Of a stretch of DNA of 26,333 nucleotides, positions 1 to 8,000 are shown piece by piece (position 1 is the first letter of the stretch; each line of letters opens with the position of its first letter). The stretch is from positions 1-26,333 of IMG/VR virus record IMGVR_UViG_3300032332_000032; one strand, given 5' to 3'. The notes under the pieces were generated by a model. That model worked only from the letters and a program-made list of their open reading frames with translations. It was not told the origin of the DNA and ran no database searches. The position numbers were made by a program, and so were the translations under genes. This stretch comes from a virus. Taxonomy: Duplodnaviria > Caudoviricetes.

Positions 1-50
1 CACTACAAGACGACTCTACAGAAACATTGATAATTTTAACAGCAATGTAA
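1..50 (+). CDS. 3' end of upstream gene (partial), hypothetical virion-associated protein
   Basis: The frame starting at nt 3 reads LQDDSTETLIILTAM* (TAA 48-50). It is followed by a short gap with AGGA/AAGG before ATG 65. Confidence 0.6.
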   Translation, partial: LQDDSTETLIILTAM

Positions 51-64
51 TATAGGACAAGGTA

Positions 65-1060
65 ATGGGACAGTATTTTCAAGTTAACGGTGATTATAAC
101 ATCAAGGCCAAAGACACTGGCACCATTACCTTACAGGCTGGAAATGTAAAGGTAGCAGGAAATCTCACAGTCACAGGAACATCGTCAGTTGTAAATTCGA
201 TTGACCTCGATATTAAAGATAGAATTATTACTTTAAACAAAGGTGAGTCTAGCGCAGGGGTTACAGCTACCTATGCTGGTATTGAAATTGATCGAGGCAG
301 CTCTAGTCGGGCTGCTTTAGTTTTTGATGAAACTGATCCTACAGGCATTGGGGGTTCAGTTGGAACTTGGATGATTGCTGGAGGCACTGATCCTAGTTAC
401 GGATTCGCTGACAGTAATTTAAAATTAAGAAGAATTTTAACAGATGCAGCATATCCAGACTTAGTTTTGATAGGTACAGGATCTGGAGTAGTTACTGTAA
501 CTGGTACAACTGATTACGAAACACAGGTCACCGATGACGATGATTTGCCTAATAAAAAATATGTAGATGATGCAATTCAAAATAATCCTACATTCCAAAT
601 TAGAAGATTAGATACCAGAGTTGTTATTGCAGACTCGGCAGTTACTCCCAATCTTATTACTAACGGCGGATCGTTAGCCTATTATAATAATCTAGGCATA
701 GGTGTTCCTAGCAGTGAAAGTTTAATGAGTATTATTGTAGACGGATCATTAGCCGGACAATTTTATTCTAATAGAGCATCTATATTTGGCTTTGATATTT
801 CCTACGGAACTATATCAAACGGTCAAACAACTAACGATAATATCTATATTCAAACCAACGGTACAGGTAAACTTCAAACTAATTACGGACTTCAGCTAGA
901 CAATAATGCAGTTTCTCCGGCAATAGTATCTGGAAGTCATGTAATTTATAGCAGACCGCAGAGTACAGGTAAAACCGGTTTGTTTTTCGTTAATACCGAG
1001 AACAATAGAGACGAATTAGTAAGTAAGAATAGAGCATTATTGTTTAGTATGTTATTTTAA
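65..1060 (+). CDS. Phage virion structural/fibre-shaft-like protein (331 aa)
   Basis: Long ORF with G-N-L-T-V-T-G and D-R-I-I-T-L-N-K-G...A-G-I-E-I-D-R-G motifs typical of phage fibre shafts. It ends in the hydrophobic tail RALLFSMLF. Confidence 0.75.
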   Translation: MGQYFQVNGDYNIKAKDTGTITLQAGNVKVAGNLTVTGTSSVVNSIDLDIKDRIITLNKGESSAGVTATYAGIEIDRGSSSRAALVFDETDPTGIGGSVGTWMIAGGTDPSYGFADSNLKLRRILTDAAYPDLVLIGTGSGVVTVTGTTDYETQVTDDDDLPNKKYVDDAIQNNPTFQIRRLDTRVVIADSAVTPNLITNGGSLAYYNNLGIGVPSSESLMSIIVDGSLAGQFYSNRASIFGFDISYGTISNGQTTNDNIYIQTNGTGKLQTNYGLQLDNNAVSPAIVSGSHVIYSRPQSTGKTGLFFVNTENNRDELVSKNRALLFSMLF

Positions 1061-1070
1061 GGATTAAAAA

Positions 1071-1454
1071 ATGGCGGTTATAGGAAAAAAAGTTGCAGGT
1101 ACAACAATCACAGTTCCTACTATTGTTTATACAAGTAGTGGGAACAATGCTGTAACCTGTATAGCAATTTGCAATACTGGAACTATCAGTCTAACAGACG
1201 AAACCAGCCAGTCAGTTGATATCAATGTCTATGTTGTTTCACCGAGTGGTGCAGGCGACAACACAACTACAACAGGAACAGGTGCATTAGTAGTTAAGCA
1301 ATTAACTATTCCTGCCGGCGAAACAGTATTTTTTAACGATGAAAAATGGGTATTATCAGATACTGACTATATTGCAGTTGGTTATCAAATGTCAGGCGGC
1401 GCAGGCGCAGTTAGCAATTTATTAACAGTTACAGTAAGCACATTACCAGTATGA
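1071..1454 (+). CDS. Small beta-sandwich structural/adaptor protein, paralog 1 (127 aa)
   Basis: AAGGA RBS. The VYT...ICN...IP...EK pattern is shared with ORFs 4366 and 18768. Its TGA overlaps the next ATG (ATGA). Confidence 0.7.
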   Translation: MAVIGKKVAGTTITVPTIVYTSSGNNAVTCIAICNTGTISLTDETSQSVDINVYVVSPSGAGDNTTTTGTGALVVKQLTIPAGETVFFNDEKWVLSDTDYIAVGYQMSGGAGAVSNLLTVTVSTLPV

Positions 1455-2077
1455 GATTCCTAAAACAAAAAACTCTATCTCAATATAGTGCATCTGACGA
1501 TTCACTGATGATCTACGATAATAGAGATTTGTCAACGCACACTCAAGAAGGTGGCCGCGCCATTATGGATATCACAGGTGCTTTGCGTCTGCCCAAAGGC
1601 ACAACTAACCAGCGCCCCAAATTATCAAATGTTAGAACTCCTAACGGACCTAATGGTTATATTAGATATAACACCACAACCAATGCTGTTGAAGCGTATA
1701 TTAACAGTACCTGGGAAGTTGTCAAAGCCTCGGGATCAACGGCTATTCAAGTTAGTAGATTTGCAGCCAACGGCACAGAAACCACATTTGGTCCATTAAG
1801 CAGTAATGCTGATTATCGTACTTCTTACACAGGCAGTGATTATAATCTAATGGTATTAGTGGACAATGTCATGCAGATTGGCGGCACAGTAAACTATACT
1901 GTGGTAAAAAGACAAGCTGGTTCTTTTGTCAGCGTAAACAATGCACCATTTAGCGCATCTGGTCCAGGAACCTATACTGATGGCGAATATTATGTACAGT
2001 TTCCTAGTGCTGTTCCTGCACTAGGAGGCAGCGGCCAGCCAATTTATGTAACGGTATTCTATGGCTATGGAAACTAA
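1451..2077 (+). CDS. Virion structural protein with LPxGTTxxRP...GxIRYN module (208 aa)
   Basis: ATGA coupling to the previous gene. ALRLPKGTTNQRP...NGYIRYNTTTNAVEAYINSTW is shared with five other ORFs in the window. Confidence 0.7.
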   Translation: MRFLKQKTLSQYSASDDSLMIYDNRDLSTHTQEGGRAIMDITGALRLPKGTTNQRPKLSNVRTPNGPNGYIRYNTTTNAVEAYINSTWEVVKASGSTAIQVSRFAANGTETTFGPLSSNADYRTSYTGSDYNLMVLVDNVMQIGGTVNYTVVKRQAGSFVSVNNAPFSASGPGTYTDGEYYVQFPSAVPALGGSGQPIYVTVFYGYGN

Positions 2078-2079
2078 TT

Positions 2080-3162
2080 ATGTCGCAGCTAGGTCGCATC
2101 AGTGGTCCTTTACTAGAGTCTAATCTTAATAGACTTGGTGTTGACCTTACATTTAGAAACTACAGCGTAGATGATGACCTACTCTATCTAGAAGTTACTA
2201 ACGGGAAGATAGGGGTTAACAAAACTCCAATCACACACAAATTAGAAGTCAACGGAACGACTCATACCTCTAGATTACTTGCACCTACATCAGCAGATAT
2301 TGCATCAATTGTAATAAGCACTAATACATTTTCTACAGACATTGTTACAGCAATTAATATTGCACCTAATCAAACAAACCCAATAGTTTTATTTGATAAT
2401 TTACGAGCTGGCAATTTAGATTTCAAAGATAATATAATTAAAAATTATACAGTAAATGGTGGAATAGCATTTGATCCTAGCGGTACAGGCATTACAGATA
2501 TTCTAGGCAGCACCAAAATAAACGGTGACCTAGCAGTTACAGGAAACATGCAGATTGATGGTAATCTAACCGAAGCAGCAAATATCATAGTTGGTGATAC
2601 ACCTTTTGATACTGTAACTGTACAAACAGATTTTACACAAAGTCTAATACCAGGAACACACTTAACCTACGATCTAGGGAAATCAAACAAGCGTTGGAAA
2701 CGAGTGTATTCACATGGGAATTCTGGAATAATAAGTTCCTTGACTTATAACAGTTTTACAATCAGCGATCAATTGCAGGTAGACGGCCCAACAGCAACTA
2801 TTACGACTTTACAAAGCAATGATCCTGTATCATTAATTCCCTCAAGCGGGATTACAGATGTAGAAAGAATTAGATTTCAAAACAACAACATTACCAATTT
2901 AGATGCTACCGCTCTTACTGTAGCTTCTACAGGTATTGGCTATGTTAAATTTGTAGACAATAATGCTGTTGTTATTCCTTCCGGAGACAATGCCGGCAGA
3001 TCCTATACAGTTGAAGCAGGGGCTACACGATGGAATACTCAATTAGGTTACCTAGAATGTTTTGACGGTACAGTTTGGGGAATATCCATTGGTAGTAGTA
3101 CCACAGTTACTCTATACGAAATGGAAGATCTAGGTAATGTGTGGGCCTTAGTATTCGGTTAA
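2080..3162 (+). CDS. Tail/fibre-like structural protein, paralog A (360 aa)
   Basis: N-terminal GRISGPLLxxNLNRxGxDLxF and C-terminal ...WALVFG are shared with ORF 3307. It also has beta-strand shaft repeats and a TYDLG motif. Confidence 0.75.
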   Translation: MSQLGRISGPLLESNLNRLGVDLTFRNYSVDDDLLYLEVTNGKIGVNKTPITHKLEVNGTTHTSRLLAPTSADIASIVISTNTFSTDIVTAINIAPNQTNPIVLFDNLRAGNLDFKDNIIKNYTVNGGIAFDPSGTGITDILGSTKINGDLAVTGNMQIDGNLTEAANIIVGDTPFDTVTVQTDFTQSLIPGTHLTYDLGKSNKRWKRVYSHGNSGIISSLTYNSFTISDQLQVDGPTATITTLQSNDPVSLIPSSGITDVERIRFQNNNITNLDATALTVASTGIGYVKFVDNNAVVIPSGDNAGRSYTVEAGATRWNTQLGYLECFDGTVWGISIGSSTTVTLYEMEDLGNVWALVFG

Positions 3163-3175
3163 TTCCGCTTTGGGC

Positions 3176-3181
3176 TAAATA
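3176..3181 (+). promoter_or_regulatory. Putative late promoter (TAAATA)
   Basis: Core of the T4-type late promoter TATAAATA, at the start of the only long intergenic gap. Confidence 0.5.
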
Positions 3182-3301
3182 ATAGCATAGTGGTGACCAA
3201 CCGCTATCTATTACTGTGGTAAACCAGCAAAGAGCCTTGGATGTCTAAGGATGCGGAGCAATCCAAATTTGGTTAACCGTGAAACACGGGGTACAAAGGA
3301 G
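3180..3301 (+). ncRNA. Candidate structured cis-regulatory leader RNA (unassigned family)
   Basis: Hairpins at 3180-3213 (14 bp, 1 bulge), 3235-3250, 3255-3264 (GCAA tetraloop) and 3277-3289. There is an enclosing stem 3222-3227/3269-3274. The structure ends just before the SD AAGGAG (3296-3301). Confidence 0.45.
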
Positions 3302-3306
3302 AGCTC

Positions 3307-4359
3307 ATGGCTATTGGTCGTATTTCGGGGCCGCTCTTAAAGGCAAATCTTAACCGCGAAGGTACAGATTTAGCATTTGAGACCGACCTTCTCTATCTTG
3401 ATGTTAACAACTCTCGCATAGGTGTTAAGACCGCCACTCCCCAATACGACCTAGATGTCAACGGTACCACAAGAACTACTAACCTTATAGTAGATACACA
3501 AGCAGATATTGCACAATTTACCCTAACAGGTAATACAATTTCTAGCTCAAATAACATAATCAATTTCATACCCACCGGTGGTCAAGCAACTGTTTATCAA
3601 GCTCGACTACAAGTTAATGATTTTGAAATTCAAGGTAACACAATATCAACAACAGTTTCAAACTCTAATATAGAGCTACGTCCTAATGGCATTGGAATTG
3701 TTGAAATCTTTTCAAACTCTACAGTAAACGGTAATCTAACAGTTACTGGCAATGTAGGAGTAACTGGCAATGTTACAATTGGCGGAAACATTACCATTGG
3801 CGATGCACTAACAGATACAATTACAATTAATGCCGCAATTAAAAGTGACCTAATTCCGGAAACTGATAACACCTACGATCTAGGATCTACAAGTTTTGCA
3901 TGGCGCAATGTTTATGCCCAGAATTTTTATACTGATAATCTTTCTTTGGTAAGTTTAAATCTTGGAAATTTAGTATTTCAAAATAACGAAATTACCACAA
4001 CGCCTGGAACAGACCTAGTCATGTACGGTAATGGTACCGGGGGTGTAAAGCTAGGTAATTTTAAATTTCAAGCTAACACGATTACCAACTTTTCTAATAA
4101 CGCAATCAGTCAACTGTTATCTACCGGAACTGGATATTTTAAGATAGGTGGAACCAACGGCGTAGTAATGCCAAGAGGAACCAACGCAGAACGACCAACT
4201 GCGTATGCAGTTACCGGAATGACTAGATATAACACTGAACTAAGAGCATTAGAAATATGGGATGGATTTACATGGGCTAGCCCTGCTGGTACTACTGGAG
4301 CCGTTACTGGAGTCCAGGCGCAGGATATTTCTATAGCATGGGCTTTAACATTAGGATAA
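3307..4359 (+). CDS. Tail/fibre-like structural protein, paralog B (350 aa)
   Basis: AAGGAG RBS. Collinear paralog of ORF 2080 with GNLTVTGN repeats and a PRGTNAERP...GMTRYN module. It ends WALTLG. Confidence 0.8.
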   Translation: MAIGRISGPLLKANLNREGTDLAFETDLLYLDVNNSRIGVKTATPQYDLDVNGTTRTTNLIVDTQADIAQFTLTGNTISSSNNIINFIPTGGQATVYQARLQVNDFEIQGNTISTTVSNSNIELRPNGIGIVEIFSNSTVNGNLTVTGNVGVTGNVTIGGNITIGDALTDTITINAAIKSDLIPETDNTYDLGSTSFAWRNVYAQNFYTDNLSLVSLNLGNLVFQNNEITTTPGTDLVMYGNGTGGVKLGNFKFQANTITNFSNNAISQLLSTGTGYFKIGGTNGVVMPRGTNAERPTAYAVTGMTRYNTELRALEIWDGFTWASPAGTTGAVTGVQAQDISIAWALTLG

Positions 4360-4365
4360 TATAAA

Positions 4366-4698
4366 ATGCCAACACAATTTAAACACGCAGTAAATACAGA
4401 TATAGGAACAACCCCAGTGGATGTGTTGCAGATTCCAGCAGGTGTAAGAGCTACAGTTATTGGTTGTAATCTAGCAAATGTAACAGATTACGAAACAGTC
4501 ACAGTAAATGTTTTTGTAGTTGATGAAAATTCAACACAAGCACATTATATTAAAGGACTGCCAATACCGCCTAACACCAGTGTTAAAATTATTACCAACG
4601 GTGAAAAATTAATTTTGCCTGAAACAGCAGGTATACGTATTGTCAGCGACACCGAATCTAGTATAGATGCAACTATAAGTTATGTAGAGATATCATAA
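4366..4698 (+). CDS. Small beta-sandwich structural/adaptor protein, paralog 2 (110 aa)
   Basis: The P...V...NLAN...VTVNVFV...IP...EKLIL pattern resembles ORFs 1071 and 18768. Confidence 0.7.
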   Translation: MPTQFKHAVNTDIGTTPVDVLQIPAGVRATVIGCNLANVTDYETVTVNVFVVDENSTQAHYIKGLPIPPNTSVKIITNGEKLILPETAGIRIVSDTESSIDATISYVEIS

Positions 4699-4708
4699 GG
4701 ATCAAATC

Positions 4709-5077
4709 ATGTCAAACAATAATTATTATCTAGGTAGAGATCCTGTTGAAACACTAGGCCAAAGTCCTAGATTTTGGTATGCTCTTCGTAGGAACGATGA
4801 CGGAGAACTATATATTGTTCGAAGTGATCAGGTAACTGATAAAGCAAGTTACAGTATCAATGATGTAGGTGATCCTACAGAAAACTTTGAAGACTTTGAA
4901 CCGGGTATTGATTATTTCGAAGGCGTTGATGCCGAACACAACAAATTATTTGATAATATGAAGTACACACAATATCGTTGGGACGATAGATCGATTTTTT
5001 ATTATGTAGACAGTGAAGGAAATTTAATTCAACGAATTTTCCAAGGTTATACCTATCCATCAGGTATTTCAACATAA
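4709..5077 (+). CDS. Hypothetical acidic/aromatic-rich protein (122 aa)
   Basis: AAGGA RBS and tight packing in the operon. No family recognised. Confidence 0.7.
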   Translation: MSNNNYYLGRDPVETLGQSPRFWYALRRNDDGELYIVRSDQVTDKASYSINDVGDPTENFEDFEPGIDYFEGVDAEHNKLFDNMKYTQYRWDDRSIFYYVDSEGNLIQRIFQGYTYPSGIST

Positions 5078-5089
5078 ACAGGATGAAAC

Positions 5090-8000
5090 ATGGCTGAGTT
5101 TAAGATAAGCAGATTTAGATATACCTGGAAAGGTGATTGGGTTACCGGCACCGACTACACCAAAGACGACGTTGTAAAATACGGCGGATCATCTTATGTA
5201 TGTCTAAGAGGACATACTGCCTCTGCAGGATTTTATACAGATATAGATTACACAGTTCCTGGATCATCTCCAATCATAGCCTCACCGGCATGGACGTTTA
5301 TGACCAAAGGTACTACTTGGAGAAGTGATTGGGTAACATCTAGACAATACAATGTAGGAGATATTGTTCAATACGGTGGAAATACCTATCTATGTTTAGC
5401 AGGCCACACTTCAGCAGTGACATTTGTTGCTGACACAGCCAAATGGGAAATCTATGTTGTTTCGGTTAGTTGGAAAGGACCGTATACAAACAATGTTCGT
5501 TATGCTGTAGGTGATATTGTTAGATACGGTGGGATTGTATATAAATGTATTACTGAGCATACATCAACATCTGACAGACTAGAACCACAAATAGCAAACT
5601 GGACGATCTATTACAGCAATGTTGACGCATTTAATACATGGACTCAGTTAACTGCCTATAAGGTCAACGACCTGGTAAAATATGGCGGAAGTATATGGAA
5701 GTGTGTGACTGCACACACTGGCGAATTGGCTTTTACCGCAGATAGATGGCGTGTTGAATTATACGGATATCAGTTTGGCAACGATTGGGCATCTTTGACC
5801 CTTTATCAAATTGGCGACGTTGTAAGATATGGCGGCTATTTGTACTACAGCCAAATCAATAATAACGATTTGAATCCTAGAGATTCAGAAGACAGTACAA
5901 TTGCTTGGACAAGACTGGCAGAAGGATACAATCCTAGAGGAGAGTGGTTAAGCAGCAATCGTTACCTTCCTGGAGATCTTGTAAGACGTGGTGGTAACTT
6001 GTATGTTGCTATTAATGAAAATCTCAACGACGGTAGCTCATTTGACTATCTAAGCACTGATGATTGGCAGTTGGTTGTACCTGGTTTCAATTGGAGAAAT
6101 CGCTGGCTTGATGGAGTTTCTTATGCACTTAACGATCTTGTAATCTATCAAGGTTCAACCTACAAGTGTGTATATCCTCATATATCTACACTAGATGCAT
6201 TTCCTGGAGACAACGGATCAGTATTCGGCCTATGGGAAATATTCCTTCAGTCTGGAGACTATACCGGTCTTATAAATCCCGGCGATCTACTAACTTGGAA
6301 TTTGTCAAGAATCGGAGCAGGTGACGGCAGTACAATCAATGCTACACCTATTAGCATAGGTCAAGAATCTGAAGTTTTAAAAGTCAGCAATGAAGACCTA
6401 TCAACTTTTGTCTATGAAAAATTTGGTTCTCTAACACAGGCTCGATATGTGTCTGCATCAAGTGGTGTGGACAGAGAAGACTATGGTTCTAGTCCGTTTA
6501 CTCCCTATAGAACTATTCGTTATGCCTGCGAACAAGTCGAAGAGCTTTCTGGCAACTTTGACATTTCTGTTAATGCAGGATTGTATGAAGAAATTTTACC
6601 TATTATTGTTCCAGCAGGTGTTTGTATCAAAGGTGTAGAAACAAGATCTACAACAGTTATAGCCAACGATCCTATAACCAGCCTAGCACTTGATTCATCA
6701 TATACTAAATTTGTATTAGATCATCTTTCAAGTTTAATTGATTATGTTATTACAGGAACACCAGCTACTGGATTTACCATAGGCACTACTGAATTACAAG
6801 ATACGTCTCTATCGGGCAGTGCAAGTGCAGTCACACAGGTTACACAACTAATAACTGATATAAAAAATTATATTACATTCTATATCGAAAGCGGTCCTAC
6901 TGATCCAACACTAGTTGGAACAAATGTAAGAAATACCGCGAATGAAGTAGCAGCACAGGCCCTAGAAAATAACAAAGAATTCCTAGCCAATGAAGCAGTA
7001 GCATTCATGCAGGGCAATTATCCTAACTATGCGTTTGACAGTGAAAAATGCAAACGAGATGTTCGTGCCTATATTAATGCTTGGAAATATGATATACTAT
7101 ATACTGGCAATTACAAATCTTTATATGCAGCAAGATATTATAGAAATGCTGTATTAGGATCTGCACTTGAAGACATGTTCTATTTGCGTGATGCTACCGG
7201 TGTAAGAAACATGACGCTAAAAGGTCTAATAGGATATCTAAACCCTCCAGGAGTTTATGAATTCTATCAACGACCAACTGGAGGAGCATATACTTCTCTT
7301 GATCCAGGTTGGGGTCCAGATGATGATCGCACATGGATTCAAACTCGCAGTCCCTATATTCAAAACTGTGCTACATTTGGATTTGCTTCAGTTGGACAGA
7401 AGATTGACGGTTCCCTACACAACGGTGGTAATAGATCATTTGTGTCTAATGACTTTACACAGTTAATAGATGACGGTATTGGTGCTTGGGTAATAAATGG
7501 CGGACGAGCAGAACTTGTTTCTGTGTTTACCTATTATTCGCAGGTAGGCTATCTAACAGAGAACGGTGGTATCATTCGTGCTACCAACGGTAACAACAGC
7601 TTTGGTAGCATTGGTGCCATGGCACTAGGTACCGACGACACAGAAACGCCTATCAGAGTCACAGTTAACACTAGAAATAATCAACCAATTGTTACTTCTA
7701 CATTCACTGGATTACTGGGCAGTGATGCAGATAAAATTATTTTAGTAGAATATAGAAATGCTGGACAAAATTATACATCTGTAGCATGGACTGTTAGTGG
7801 TGCTGGTGTTGGCGCCAGCATAATACAAGAAGAATACAGAGATAGGGCAGTATTTGAAGCACTAGAATATAATCCTATAGATTCTACTGGTGTTGGCGGA
7901 ACCAATTTTACATTCGTTACACAAAATGCTTCAACAGGCACTACCACAAGCATTAAGTTGGCCGGCGCAGATACAGGCGCAGAATCAGAATATCTTGGCC

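Noticed and set aside
3218-3260. GGTAAACC...GCAAAG...GTCTAAG resembles pieces of the c-di-GMP-I (GEMM) riboswitch
   Set aside because: The GNRA-capped P2 stem between GGYAAAC and GCAAAG is missing and the P1/P3 pairing cannot be built. Kept only as an unassigned structured leader.
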